This document shows positions 1 to 14,510 of a stretch of DNA of 64,000 nt, piece by piece. The DNA is taken from NCBI RefSeq assembly GCF_009914755.1, contig NC_060933.1; one strand, 5' to 3'. Below the pieces are notes generated by a model that was given only the letters and a program-made list of their open reading frames with translations, was not told the origin of the DNA and made no database searches. The position numbers were made by a program, and so were the translations under genes. The stretch comes from the human T2T-CHM13v2.0 reference genome, Homo sapiens. Each line of letters begins with the position of its first letter. Position 1 is the stretch's first letter.

Positions 1-456
1 ATTGAAAGGCCAACAGACTATTTGAGTAAGAAGGACTACCTAATTGATATGAAAGTCTAAAAGCCACCAAAATATTCTACGAGCAATACTGAACAAAACA
101 AATACGCAAGATCTGCAATGCATGAGCTTAAAGTAATGAGATCAAATAATTCTAAAATGCTGTTTGATATAATTTCATTTCTCCATTTCTTGACAGTCAT
201 TGTATTCCTTGAAGTTGAGGCATCCATTGGTTCAAGCGAAAGGTAGAATGCAGCAAATACAATTATACTCTACTTTTAAATTTCAAAATGAGTTCTTAAT
301 GGCCATGTCAGAAACAATACTTGTAAGAGCCAGAGCTTTTATTTGTAAGAGCTAGTCTTTGTTGAGAGGATGGATTTAGGAGGCCCAATGAGACAAAGCT
401 GAAAGACTCAGCATAGAGATTATTAATGTCAATTGCAGAATATGGAATAAATATTC

Positions 457-509
457 TAAAAAAAAAAAGGAAGGAAGGAAGAAAGAAGGAAGGAAGGAGG
501 GGAGGGAGG
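457..509 (+). repeat. poly(A) followed by (GGAA)n/(GGAG)n simple repeat
   Basis: aaaaaaaaaaaggaaggaaggaagaaagaaggaaggaaggaggggagggagg seen directly. Confidence 0.85.
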
Positions 510-559
510 CTTTGTAAGTTATAGTATGGACTGAAGAGACTACAAAGGGAGAAGTCAAG

Positions 560-1060
560 AATTAAGAAAAAAGCATAGTGCTATGTCACTGAGAAAGGCC
601 TAGGGAAGATATCTCGTGGCCACAGTAAAGTGAAAGCAGATGTGTGCAGAGTTTCGGAACTTGAAGCCTAAGGCCACTTCAGACTCTAGGGACACTAGCA
701 CTGGGCGCTCACCAATGCTCAGAGACTAGGCAAATCTCGTTTCTTCACCCACAGTGGCCTGAAGGAACCCAGAGGACTTCCTGGACACCCCACCCCATCC
801 CACCATCACGGTGTGATGTAAGCTTCTCCATCTTCCCTAAGAAAAGGAAAGGGACAGGGAGATGGGACAAAATAACCCTGGACTCATTGCCCTATAAAAA
901 ACCTAAACTGTGTAAAGGAAGAGAACAAATTACTGTGAAAAGGTAAGACAAAGTTTATTTTCCTCCACCATCAACAGAAATGGAAGCTCAACACCAAGTG
1001 GAGTTAATTATAGAAAACAAAGTTAAATATCTCTTTATCTGCATTCTGCAGTAGACATTT
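560..1060 (+). mobile_element. possible ancient LTR remnant (MamGypLTR-like)
   Basis: Segment aaatggaagctcaacacc...gttaattatagaaaacaaagttaaatatctctttatctgca resembles the 3' end of MamGyp-type LTRs. Very diverged, and the 5' boundary is a guess. Confidence 0.3.
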
Positions 1061-1639
1061 TAACAGGTTACAGTGATTTTTTTTAGATGTTGACTTTTGA
1101 ACACTGGTAAATGAAGGAGAAATATGTAATAAAAATCTCAAGATGGAGTATTAGAGAAATGGCAATAAGTCAGAGTGACTAAGGTAAAATACATGCGTGA
1201 GCAATCCCCATACCACTAGCTATGATCCCATGCATTTCTTGGCACTTTACTGTTTTTACATTTTTAGCTCATTAGTGAGAAGATATAAGCTCCCTGAGGG
1301 ACAGAGGAGAGAAATCCTGTAAAACAGAGCTCAAGCTTTGCCTAGAGTTAGTGAAAATTAAATCTAATAGCCTAGCTTTTGTCACTAGCTTATTAAATTA
1401 CAGAGATACAGAAAATAAAACTATTATCAAGACCTCAGGAGAAAAGGTAGAACATAAAGGTGTTACATTATTTTAAATAGGTTTTTAATAGAAATACTTA
1501 GGGAAAATAAAACTATGCTTTATGTTTATTGTATTGCAATGATTGTTCAAGATTTGTTTCTGTGAATTACAAAAACAAAAAAAAAAGATTCTAATTCCTA
1601 TACAAAAACTTGTGGAACACACACTTGAGGCTAGCCATT

Positions 1640-1712
1640 CTATAAAATACATATATTTTAAAACAACATATTGTACACAATAAATATATAGTTTTTGTTA
1701 AGTGAAATTAAT
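1640..1712 (+). mobile_element. L1M 3'-terminal fragment
   Basis: acatatattttaaaacaacatattgtacacaataaatatata resembles the extreme 3' end of L1MA/MB. Confidence 0.5.
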
Positions 1713-2619
1713 ATGTTAGTAACTCACACACGCTTATGAACACAGACACATACATATTGGAGACCAATACACAAAATTGTTAGCTTGAAGAAACTGCACA
1801 CATAATTGATGCAACAAATTGAACTTGGTGTACATAAATTGTCTACACAGCTATAGAGATAGTAATATTATATACTTATACTATTTTATTGCAGTCATGC
1901 TGAATTAACATACCAAGTTAAGGATAGAGTTCTTCAGGTCTGGTTTTGATTTGAGTTTTGCTTTTCAGCTAGACTATTTTTTCCAAACTAGTGTCAGCTT
2001 TGAAAAGCTGCAGGAGCCTCTTGTGGATGCCCACCTCATCCGACGGAAGGCAGTGTTCCAAAACCCTTTGTGTTAGTGAGATGAGAAGTTGGTAATGTAA
2101 GGACTGGTTTAAGCTGTAAATAAGCACACTCTCACAAGGCATCAACCAGATGTCAATAAGAATTAAGGTTTACAAATATCAAAGAAATCCAACCTAGCAT
2201 CTATTGTAAGGGTAATCCTTTACTTAAGTCAAGTTCCGTTTTAAATTAAGCCTAAATGAATTATTCTCAAATCTCTGCATATTGAATAGTGCATCATAGA
2301 CATGCCACATCACCACGCAAATGGAAAATAAAGTACTAAAAATTAGGTCAGCAATTGTATCTGCAAAAGTTATTTTGCAGAGCAGCGATCTGACCTACAA
2401 CATTCTCTCTTGAGGCGCATTTAAATACTACAGGATACAGTACAAGAGTAATGGAGACATCAGTGAAACCATGTATAGACGGAACAGATTATGTTTTACT
2501 GGTTAGTTTGGTTGGGTTCTGTAGCTCGGGTGAATCTCTCATTTTGATCATGGTCTTCTCTCCTTGCCTAGGATTCCAAGAGCTTCTGAGACACCATCAT
2601 CACCACAAGAAAATAGTTC

Positions 2620-2825
2620 CCACTAGTTGAACATTTTTTAGTAGGTACTAAGCTCAAGATTTGGCCTTCCCTGTCACATTCTATTCTTAAAATACCCCTG
2701 TGAGACAGAGATTACACTCCCATTATACAGATAAGAAACTGAGACTGAAAGAGACCAAGAATTTTCCCAAACATACACAGCTGGTAATAGGAATACAGAT
2801 GTGTCTATGAGGGCAATGCTCTTCT
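2620..2825 (-). mobile_element. MIR SINE
   Basis: Reverse MIR core: cccattatacagataagaaactgagactgaaagag...cccaaacatacacagctggtaa. Confidence 0.75.
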
Positions 2826-4269
2826 CATTATACTTGCAAGAAAGGCATGGACATTTAGTGCAGTGAGAAAATGAATGGACAGAAATGTTTTAAAAGGTTT
2901 AATTATAATCAAAATACATTTGGAATGCTGTAAAAGCAGAGGAAAGCCAAGAACCAAGATTCAGAAACCTCTAGGACTGACAGAGATGGAGGCTGATTTT
3001 TAGACATTCTAGCAAAAATAAACCTTTCCAGGAATGGTGAGCCTCATAAAATGACTGCATTCATCATACTAGGGGAGTAAGGCAGAAAACTGCCACATAG
3101 ACCTAATTTGTGTCAAGCCTGCTGATGGCAGCTGCTGTTGGTACTTTTCTCCAGTGTAAAGGTCTGGTAAATAAAATTACAAGAAAATGTAGTGAAAAAT
3201 ATTAGTAAAGACAGAGTTCTGACTAGATGGAGTTACAAGTGGCTCAAGTGACACATTTTGATACAAAATGTTTTGTTTTGCTTATACAAAATTAAATTAC
3301 TAGATAATTTAATGGGCTCCAGTGTAATGAAAAGCACAATTCCCCAAAAGATTTTAGTCTGTAAGCAAAGATTCACAGTGGATTTGAGGGTCATTATTCA
3401 GCATGGTAGGAAAGCGCTAACAGGTGATGTTTAGAAGTTTTGGAGTGCTAGTATTGACTTGCTTTCTCTTTCTTTAGATCACGGTGCCTGTTCTTTACAG
3501 CCATATCTGCTCGTTACTAGGAATTACCTTATATTTGGATCAGAATTCCTTCTTTTAAAAAAAATCTATCTTATAGGATCAGGGTTTTTTCCTGATCAGG
3601 ACTTTTCTTTGCAATTCTAACTGCAAGACAAATATCTGAGAAAGGGTGCTTTGTTGTACACACTAAACTTTCCCATTCTCTATTTCACATTGACGGATCA
3701 ATTCTCCTGTCAAGTTTGACAACTGTCATTAATAAAAAGGAAATTTGACTGTCATGCATATACACCTTGTTTTACATGCACACACTCTCAAGCAGAAATG
3801 TAGAGAGCACACGGCCTTGCTTTGCTACCTGAACTATTATCACGAACTTGTTTGGTTATAGTTTAGAAGATGAAAAAAGAAACATTTTGGCTATTGAGAT
3901 AAAATCAAAATCATGCAGTCTAAATTCTGGACTGAACAGGAGATCCCTGAAGATAGGTTCTTGAGAGCCACGCAGCAAATGACTTGAACTGTCATACAAA
4001 GTTTCCATTTGTGACTGGGAACCCCCTGCAGAGAAATGTGGCCTGGGTTGAATGAGGTGCTTTCCTAGGATCTTTGTTTTTTCATTTCCTCCTCTTGGTT
4101 TAATATTTCTATAACTAATAGACATATTCAACATAGAAACTTTTACTCTACTTCTCAGTTTGTCTTTTTTATATTAAAAAATCCAAAAAGTTTGGAAAAT
4201 AGATTATAAATTCACTATTCTGATATCTATAAGCCTTCTATGTATTTATTTTCAAATATGATTTTTAAA

Positions 4270-4567
4270 AACCAGGCATGGTGGCTCACGCCTGTAATCC
4301 CAGCACTTTGGGAGGCTGAGGCAGGTGGATCACAAGGTCAAGAGATCGAGACAATCCTGGCCAACATGATGAAACCCTGTCTCTACTAAAAATACAAAAA
4401 TTAGCTGGGTGTGGTAATGCGTGCCTGTAGTCCCAGCTACTCAGGAGACTGAGGCAGGAGAATCGCTTGAACCTGGGGGTGGAGATTGCAGTGAGCCGAG
4501 ATCGCGCCACTGCACTCCAGCCTGGTGACAGAGCGAGACTCCGTCTCAACAACAACAACAACAAAAA
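4270..4567 (+). mobile_element. Alu, full-length, AluSc-like, with (CAA)n tail
   Basis: Both arms and the A-rich linker are present. Sc-type gatcacaaggtcaagagatcgagac and cctggtgacagagcgag. Confidence 0.95.
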
Positions 4568-4699
4568 CACCTTATAGTATCTGGTTAAGGATAACTCCAT
4601 ATTGTTCCTTATGTATCACTGTTACTATCTGTAAAATACCTTTGACATTACTACAAAACTTAACACTTCATAGATTACTCACTAGTTTGCTTCCAGTTT

Positions 4700-5625
4700 T
4701 TTACTGCAGTTGCTCCTCTGAACATTTTATGCATTTTTTAAGACTAATTATTTTGGCTTTACATTCATTTGAATTCCTTCTTAATCTGGAATGCCTGAGT
4801 GGGATTACTGGGTCAAAGGCCATGAACACTTCTGTGAGTACTGATAATCTCCAGTTAGTTTTATGTGACCTGACGATACATATGATTAGTGGCTTCATGG
4901 AAATCTCATCATTTCTTTTTCTTGTATTTTTATTTCCTTTTTCTATGTTCTTTGTTTTCCTAATAGATGCTTTGATCTTTATTTCCCTATTTACCAATCC
5001 TATAATTGCATTTGAATTTTAAGTTGTTGATTTCTAACAGTATTAAATTTAGAATTTTTTCATCTAAGAGCTGATAAGTATTCAATTTTCTTTTATTTTT
5101 TCTTATATGTTTACATATTTACTGTAATTTTTAGAAATTATTGTAGTAAATTATATAAAACATGCATCTAACTGAATTTGTACCCCAAACTGCTAACCAT
5201 TCATTTGAAATAATTTATTTTTGATAGTCTGCTTCTCCTCTCTCCTCTGTTTTTAGTGGGGGAAGAGGTTATGTGTATTATAATTAGATTTATTCAGTAG
5301 CTATTCTTTTCTAATAACACATGCATTTTCTTAGGTAAAAGCATTATTTCAAAGTTCCATCTTGGATGTACTAACATATGATATACTTTTTCCCACTAGA
5401 AGTATGTCTATTCATTCACATTTTCATTATCTCAGCAAAGTTTTACAGAAAAATGCTCAATCTCTTTGCAGATTACTTTTCACATATTTCATGCAATTTG
5501 CTACTATTATAAATTAAATATTTGTTGTAATTCCTAAGTGACTATTTCTAGTAAGGCATTTATTTTGTTTTAAAAATTTATTTACTTTGAACTTACCTAT
5601 ATTACTGGAGCCTTTTATTAGAAGT
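4700..5625 (-). mobile_element. degraded ancient L1M (L1ME-like) fragments
   Basis: T-rich. gcctgagtgggattactgggtcaaaggccatgaaca matches antisense L1 3'-region sequence. Confidence 0.5.
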
Positions 5626-5627
5626 TA

Positions 5628-5844
<217 letters not shown>

Positions 5845-8800
5845 AATGTTTTACTCAAGTTTCAATACATTTTAACATCCCTGCCCTCCAAATCAATAAT
5901 TTATATTTATATTCAATACAAAAGTATTTGATCATTGAGAAATATTTGTTTCTTTAAAAAAAACCTATTACTCTGCTTGTCTTTATACATTTTGAAGGTC
6001 TAAATTTAGAGGATTATTTGAGATGTTGTCAGCATGAATTCAGGAAAATTGAGGGGAAGATTAACAGGGTTGTTTATACATCTAATTTAAACATCAATTT
6101 GTGATTACTACATTTATCCAGGCTTATTAGCAATTCAGGCAGAATCTAGTTGTCATAACTATTTAATGATCAGTTACCATTTCATTAAAATACCTATTCT
6201 AAAGATAGTATTTAACACTCTTAAAGAACCTAATCATTTTCTTTTTGTAGGATCAGTTGGAGGTTAGGTAGGACTTGGTCTGACTCAGAAGGAAAATTAT
6301 TTTACACCTCAGCAAACAAAGTAATGGGGGTTTTTTGACATAAATAGCACTGCTGTGCTCTGTAATTGAAGTTCAAAAATGGACGATGAAACCACAGAAG
6401 CAGAAAACCAAAGTAAGCTTGCAATGAAAAGAAATACAGGCCACAGTTGCTTCTGGCTGAGACTGATTGCCAATCTTTGGGAATGAGATTATGACAACAA
6501 TTCTAATGCATTGGGTCTTGCATTGACATTAAATCACACTCCTCCCTTAATGTCACTCTCCAAGCACACCAAAGAATATGTCATTCTGTCATCAAAAGAC
6601 ATGACATAGATTGATGGAGACTTCAATAGGCTATCAGAGTTTTCCATTGGGTAGAATCCTGCCCTTGTCTGGTCAATATTTAGAGGTGCTGCTACATATG
6701 CTGCTACATGTTCTAAAGCATCGCAGGAGTGGCCTGAAGAAACAGGACATAGTGGGAGATACAAACACATCACCAACTGAAATTTACTTTTAATCTTTTA
6801 ATGTGCATCGAGTAGTGTTGCTTCCAGATTACTTATACCTTTTCAAAAAGACTCACAACAACCAATCTTTTCTGTTGTCCAGCTTTTTAATAGCTGTAAT
6901 GTTTAGGACACCTAGATTTCTGAGGTGAGTTACATAAATATTTCATTTTTGTTTCGTATTCATGGCAGAATTTCTATGTTTCATGGATTTTCTTAATGCA
7001 GATACACTCAAACTAACATAATATAGTAGCATGTCTAATACTTTTTCCAGAAGGATACCAATTCAATAGCTTGATATTTAATGCAGGCAAAATGGACATA
7101 TCTCAATATAGATTGTTAAAGGTGAAATCATTTTAGTTACTTAGTAAACATATTGGAAGGATCCAGGGCATTACTACCATCACATATTCCCTATCCCCAA
7201 AATAAAGTATGCTCTGCAAAATCCATCACAATTGCAGTTTCTCATTCTAGGGTTTTTAGCTATTTTCTTGCTCTTACAATTTTGGTGTAATTCTGAAATA
7301 ATGGGCACATGAATAACACTGTATTTAATAAATAATGGAAAAACAAAACTTGAATATTGATTTCATTATTTCCATTTTCTTAGAATGACATAATTTCTGC
7401 AAGCAATACGCTGATATCTTAATTTACAACTGAAATGCACACACATTCATTTCAACTAAAATGCCATGAAAGTATCATGGCAGAATTGACAAAAATCACA
7501 GAATAAAAGATTCCCTCAGCATGCTATTTTTAAAAATTTCTAAGAGTGATTTGTGGGATAAAACATTAAATATTTCTATCATTATTCTTCATCCCATAAA
7601 CTGATGTATGAAAGAATTTTATAGTAGAGAACACATCTTTGGAAAGAACTATTTTCATAAATGAAACAGGTGTAACATATTAAGGCAGATAGCAAAAATC
7701 CTAAACTATGAATATTTGTAAACGATCTAAATAAAATAGAAAATTAAAATGAGATCTTGGGTAGCCTATCATTCAATATGTTAAAAGGAAAGAAACAAGT
7801 CAAAAGCACAGGATAAGAATTTTAAATCAATGAAATTAAATCTCTGAAATTAAATGAGGTAAGAATCATCACACAGTAACTGAAATTATAATCTATTATG
7901 TTGTTATTTTCAGATGGTTTATTTTTTATATGTCTCTCTAGCAGTCAGGAAAAAAAAACCCAAAATAAAACTAATCTGAAATGTACTATAATCTTGAAAA
8001 CCAAAACCAACATTTCATGAAGGGTGATTTAATTACAGTGTGTTATAGTAACCTTAAAAAATCTAGAGAAAGAAGTGGGTAAGGTAAATTTTTAAGAAGA
8101 GATCTAGGCAACATCTGTGGTTATTAGAATAGGAAAATCTCTGGAGGGGCAAAGGGTAAATTATCAGGCTCTTTTGGCTGGAAAGTAGTATCTGTTAACA
8201 TTCAATTCCCATTGCTCTAATTTCATAGCCACCAAGCAAGTTTCCTACCTATAATTTGGCCACCAGAGCACATCTTCTCACCCAAGGGGGGTGTCTTGTA
8301 TGATTAACTAATCCAGTTATTTTATTATGTGTAGCTCCTACTGTAAATTAATGAGCAGACATTAAGATTTATAAATCAGTCTCTTGTGACTTTGGCTAAT
8401 ACAAATCAGTCTCAGTATCACCTCGACATGCTCTGGCTTCAAGCATAGGACAATACCCTGAGTAACACACTTTACCAAAATCTAGGCACCAAAGAAAGCT
8501 TAACCTAACATGTTTCTTAACCTGATGATAAAACAGCCTAATGTTTTTCTTTTTACTATGGAGAGAAAGATGACAGTTAACTAAGAAATGAAAAAAATAG
8601 AAGAGTTTTTAACCTGATACTGAGTTGTAAATTTCTCAATCTGTTCCTTAACTTTCAGTCTTAAATAGAACTCCTACTAAAAATTATTATAAGGATTATT
8701 CCAGAATTGTAGTAAATGAACATTAAGCTTTTTTTCTTCATCTCTTCTACCTTATATACTTTTTTGGAGGGTGACTTTAAAGAAAATATAAAAAAGAAAA

Positions 8801-9054
8801 TATAGTATCCTAATAATTTATTTCATGTTTATTCCTGCAGAAATCAATGGTTTAAAAAATTGTGCACAAAGTGAAAACAAATTCTCACTAAGGAATTTTT
8901 CTGTAAATTCATCTTTTCTCCTGTACTTATGCTGTGTATAACATCAGAACTAATTTTAACATGAGAGCAACATGTTCAAGAATGCAATTATTTTGCAGAA
9001 AATGTGTGTCAAACCCAGACAGAAGAAACTGTGAGTTTTAAAAGTAATATCTCT

Positions 9055-10912
9055 TCAAGACAGTGTAGCATTGACAAAATAGAAAAATAAATTAATGGAA
9101 CAGAACAGAGAGCCATATAGTTAGACACACATCAATATAGTCAGCTGATCTTTGGCTAAGGAGCAAAGGCAATACAATGAAGCAAAGACTGTCTTTTCAA
9201 CAAATGGTACTGGAACAACTGGATGTCCACATGCCAAAAAACTGAATCTAGATACAGACTTTTAATCTTACAAAACAAAAGTAACTCAACATGAGTCATA
9301 GATCTCAATGTAAGGGGTGAAACTATGTAACTTCTAGAGGATAACAAAGAAAAAAAAATCTAGATCAGAGGTGTCCAATCTTTTGGTTTCCCTGGGCCAC
9401 ATTCAAAGAAGAATTGTCTTGGGCCACATATCAAATATGCTAATGATAGCTGATGAGCAAAAAAAAATAATAAAATAAATATAAAAATAAAAAAACAAAC
9501 CACACACACACACAAGAAAATCTTATCATGTTTTAAGAAAGTTTACTAATTTTTGTTGGGCTGCATTCAAAGATTCAAAAAATCTCATGTTTTAAGCAAG
9601 TTTATGAATTTGCATCCTGGGCCACATGAGGCCTGTGGGCTTCCAGTTGGATGAGCTTATCTAGACGGTCTTGGGTATGGTGGTGACCTTTTAGATTTAA
9701 CACCAAAAGCACTATCCATGACAGAAGTAATCTATAGGCTGGGATTCATTAAAATTTAAAACTTCTTCTCTGTGAAAGACATAGTCAAGAGAATGAGAAG
9801 ACAAGACACAGATTTGAAGAAAATATTTGCAAAAGATATATCTGATAAAGGACTGTTACCCAAAATATATTAAGATCTCTTAAAACAGTGAGAAAACAAC
9901 CCAATTAAAAATGGGCAGAAGACATGAACAGACAGCTCACCAAAGAAACAGATGACAAACAAGCGTAAAGATGCTCCATAATAAAATGTCAGCAGAGAAA
10001 TGCAAATTAAAACAGGAATGAGATATTACTGCATATCTATTAAAATGGCCAAAATCCAGAAGAACACCACCAAATGCTGACAAGGATGTGGTGCATTATA
10101 AATTCTCATTCATTGTTGATGGGAATGCAAAATTGGCACAGCCACTTTAGAGGACAGTTTGGCAGTTTCCTATAAAACTGAACATACTCTTAATATACAA
10201 CCCAGCAATTGTACCCCTACACATTTAATCAAATGAATTGCAAACTTACATCCACAAGAAACACCCTGCACATGGATGTTTGTAACAGCTTTATTCAAAA
10301 TTGCCAAAACTAGGAAGTAAACAAGATGTCCTTCAGTAGATAAATGGCTAAACTGTGGTACATCTAGATAATGGAATATTATTCAGTGCCAAAAAGAACT
10401 GAGTTACCAAACCATAAAAACACATGGAGAAAACTTAAGTGCATATTATTGAGAGTAACCAATCTGAAAAAGGCTACATTATTATATGATTCCAGCTGTA
10501 TGACATTCTGAAAAAGGCAAAACTATGGAGACAGTAAAACATCAGTGGTGGTCAGGGATTAGAGGGAAGGAGAGATGAATAGGCAGAGCACGAAGGATTT
10601 TTTGGGCAGTGAAATTGCTCTGTATAGTACTACAATGGGAGAGACATGTCATTATACACATTTGCCAAAACTCATAGAATGTACAACACCAAGAGTGAAC
10701 CCTAATATAAACTATGTGATAATGATGTGTCAATATAAATTCACCAATTAACAAATGTTAATGCACCTGCACCTCCTCTGGCGCAGGTGGTTGATAGTCG
10801 GGGAGGCTGTGCATATGTGGAGGAAGGTGGCATATGGGACAATGGAAATTCTGTATGTTCTGTTTAATTTTGCAGTGAACCTAATCTGCTGTTTAAAAAG
10901 GAGTCTATTAAG
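9055..10912 (+). mobile_element. L1MC1/2-like LINE, ORF2 3' part plus 3' UTR, interrupted by MER30
   Basis: ORF2 remnant (aatggaacagaacagagagcc, ttcaacaaatggtactggaacaactgg). L1MC-type 3' UTR gatgaataggcagagcac...gaatgtacaacaccaagagtgaaccctaat. Confidence 0.88.
9366..9658 (+). mobile_element. MER30 (hAT-Charlie non-autonomous DNA transposon)
   Basis: Starts cagaggtgtccaatcttttggtttccctgggccacatt and ends gttggatgagctt. 8-bp TSD atctagat (9358-9365) / atctagac (9659-9666). Confidence 0.92.
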
Positions 10913-12569
10913 ACAAAACACTAAAAATTTTTTAAGTACTATCTTTATGTTCTTATATAAATCATTGCTCACTGATACGGATACCCAAATCTAGTACTTT
11001 AAAAGTTTTTAAAATAATGAACTGAGACTTCATACCTGATTCCTAAATTTCTAGATGACCTGTCTGTTTTATAAGATAATCTTACATTAAAGGAAATTAT
11101 AAAAAGGCAAAACATAGCAAATGCATTAAGATGTCATTTATGTTTCATTCCAAGATTATCTAACTTATGTGTCCAAAAATAAATCACATCATATTTTAAT
11201 GTCTGAAAGATGTACCTTATATGACTCCTGATATCCATTTTCTTGACCTATCACAGTTAAGACATTTCTGTTGCATACCTTTTCTAATTACTTTTTCCTT
11301 TTACTGAGATAACATAGTCTTTAGGTTTACTGTTATTTCCTTATTTCCATTGGCTTTAATCTAAACAGAAAGATCACATAATCCATTTAAATTGCAACAA
11401 TGAGAAATCCCATCTGACCTGAAGGATATTTTATTTCCTCATTGGTCACTTGAAAATACTGAAACTCTTTTTCTTTTTCATCATGGAACCTTATCATTTT
11501 TCTGGTTGTAAATATTGAAAGAGTATAATGAAGCAGAAGAAAACATCAGCAATAAACCAGAACTCCTCGGGCAAGACTGTTAACATTTTAGCAGTTTTGT
11601 TTAGAATTTTTTTGCATTTTCATAATTAAGAAAAGATCATATTCCTATCTTGTTTTAGAATATTATTGTAAAATTCTTTTCCATGTCATTATAAATTCTT
11701 CATAAACACCACTGTTAAAGGCTGAGGACCTCACAATAGAGTCAATAATTTATTTAACTATTCTCCATATTCTATAATGTTGCTGGGCATTATAATGGTG
11801 TGATGAATATCTTTTCACTGTAATGCCTCCCTATATTTTAAACACTTTTTACAGGAGTTTTTTCCTCAATAATACCCTACTGGCCTTAAAGAGAACTCAC
11901 TTATACCTGTGATAAATACACCAAGAACACAGTTATCATATGATTTTTTTATCAAAGAAAAATATCACATAAATTGATAGCATTTTATCAAACTTATTTT
12001 CCACATAGTCCTGCCTTCCTTATTCTTCAACATTTAAGTTTCTTTCTCTTTCAGTAGCCTGTGTGATCATTTCTTTGTTCTCTAGTTTCAACTATAGTCA
12101 ACATTATTGAAAAGTTTCTTTTAAAATTGGGAAAATTATTTTTGGCCCCATACCTACCCTATTAATCCCAAAAAGCATATGGAAAGAAGCAATGGAGAGG
12201 GAAACCGAAATCCTCAGAGAAATCTGATGTGCGTTGACAAGACAGGGAGAATTTGAGCTGAAGTATAACTATGGCCCCCACCTCATTCAGAGAGCATGAC
12301 ACATTCCATCTGCTCCCAGACGGGAATCATCATTTAGCAGTGAGGCCACAGGTTAGAAAAGTGAATGAATCCCCCAACTAGAACAAGTAAAGTCCCATAA
12401 TTTGAAGGCTTTTCTAATTTGAGGGCCCTGGGCTGCTTTGGGGAATCCTATAAACATGTCAGTGTCAGATTTGGAGGGACTTAGCTTCTTTTTTCTTTGA
12501 GGCCAGCAGGACCTTCTGATTGAGAAGAGGAAATTAAAAAAAAAAAAAAATGGGCATCAACGTTCAGAG

Positions 12570-12790
12570 GCAGCGTGGAAGAGATAAGAAAAACAAAGCT
12601 TTGGAGTCAAGCCTATGAGCATCCAAGCCAGGCTAGGCTATAGACTATGTAGAATGTTTGATCTTGTACAAGGTTCTTGGCCACACTAAGTCTCAGTGTT
12701 GTCTCCTGGGTGATAACTAACTAAAATGTGTGGCAATGTGTAGAAAGTATGAAACAGCATATCTGGTACATGGTAGGGTTTAATAAGCAC
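12570..12790 (+). mobile_element. MIR SINE
   Basis: gctttggagtcaag...tgatcttgtacaaggttcttggccacactaagtctcagtgtt...tctggtacatggtagggtttaataa. Confidence 0.6.
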
Positions 12791-14024
12791 TGATACCCTT
12801 TTCTGCCTCCAAATTTCCTCTACTTCACTGAGTCCTTCTCTTTTCCATCTAGACTCAAGGAAGACTGAAATCAAAGGCATTCTGGACTTTTCCTAGGTTG
12901 TCCAGCCCACTCTACAGGGGGTGGGGTAAAAGAATTACACAAGTAAATATGGTATTGATTTACATTCACACATGAACTTTTAGAAATAGACCAAGTGATT
13001 CTATTGCATAATTCAGGCATTTTTTGCATATAAAACCAGTTATTGCTTTTATAAGCATCAGTAGTGGGGAGGAAGAGGCATTTTTCAAACTTCCCATACA
13101 TTTGAAACTGAGAAATTTCCCATGACACGAACTTATCTTTCTACTCTGTCTAGATCCCTGCTTTACTCAGTTGTCACTGATTTTATAGCTTGAGCTCTAA
13201 ATTTCAATTAATTTAAAATACAATTAATTTTAAGACCATCAAATCCAGCTAAGTTTATAGCCATCTACTAGATTCACATGAATATTCATTTCCTCCAGCT
13301 CATTTATTAAAATCAATTTAAGAAAAATACAGTTTAAAAGGATTCTGAAGAAATTAAGGTATTTAACTAAAACAAAGAGGATATTATCCAGCAATGTTTT
13401 AAAAAGATTTTTAATAGTAGAATCTGCTTTCTCTTATTAATAAGTTTTTGTGACAACTGGGACTTTTTATTTTGCAAATTTAAAAACTAGAGCAAAATCT
13501 TGCCCTTGATTTGATGTAGATGTATTATAGTTTTATCTATTTAAGTCAAAAACATTTTTCTGAGAAGACAAAATTTGGTTTATAGTTTGGTTGGGCTATA
13601 GTTATTGTCATTCTCCTGTGGACCCTAAATATACTCTAGGCAAGAAACTCTGGATTTAGAAACTGTCTATTAACCTAGTTTTATTTTACCTTAGTAGTTT
13701 TCAACTGTTTGCTATAGAACTTCAAGTACCTAAATGATGGAGTTACATCTGCTACCCAGATTGGGAAACAGATGACAGGACAGGCCTAATAGTGTCATTA
13801 GTTTATTTAAATATTGAATGAACAAAGAGGATTGCTCTATGTGCAAAGTGTGGCAACTGCTAACTAAAAGGTGTTATCCCAACGTCTACTTTTCTGTTGA
13901 TAATTTTGTTTTTGCTGGTTCTTCTCTTGAAGACCATACCAACAGACACGCTCTAAAACATGTCCATTAATTCAATCTGTCTCTGCCCTTGGTTACTCCC
14001 TAACTGTTCTAGTATTTTACCCAA

Positions 14025-14510
14025 TGTGGTAGGCAGAATAATGACATCTCAAAGATGTCCATGTTTTAATCCTTGGAACATGTGAATATGTTACTTTACA
14101 TTGCAAAGGGGATTTTGCAGTGTGATTAAGGTTAAGGACCTGGAGAAAGGAAGATTATCTTGAACTATGCAGGTGGGCCCATTTGAATCACATGAGTTCT
14201 TAAAAGAACCCTTCTGTCTGAGATAAAAGTGAGAGAGGTCACCAAGAGACGTAACATTGCTGTCTTTGAAGATGGAAGGAGGAGGCCATAAGCCAAGGAA
14301 TGAAGGCGACCTCCAGAAGCTGAAAAAGGTAGAGAAATGGATCCTCTCCCAGAGCCTGCAGAAGGGAACATAGCCCAACTGACACCTTGATATTAGCCCA
14401 GTGAGAGTCACTTAGGCTTCTGACTTACAGAACTCTAAGGTAATACATTTTTATTGTTTAAACCATTAAGATTGTGGGAATTAATTACAACAGCAAAAGA
14501 AAATTGATAT
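14025..14510 (+). mobile_element. MLT1D-like solo LTR (ERVL-MaLR)
   Basis: Starts tgtggtaggcagaataatg...gatgtccatgttttaatccttggaac. Contains agccaaggaatg...ccagaagctgaaaaagg and a typical MLT1 end. Confidence 0.88.

Noticed and set aside
2360-2381. Short inverted repeats (tctgcaaaa/ttttgcaga; similar ones near 3577, 17995, 33858 and 58757)
   Set aside because: Arms of 7-9 bp, or imperfect arms, are expected by chance in 64 kb of AT-rich DNA.
4286-5022. 104-aa and 165-aa ORFs, and similar ORFs at 15.0, 25.8, 46.7, 49.9 and 59.1 kb
   Set aside because: Translations of Alu sequence or T-rich antisense L1 (e.g. [12 protein letters not shown]), not genes.
6379-6418. AAAATGG start, MDDETTEAENQ, then gtaagc as a first coding exon
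   Set aside because: Weak exonic side of the donor (AAA|gt), no promoter or CpG island, no recognisable protein and no supported downstream exons.
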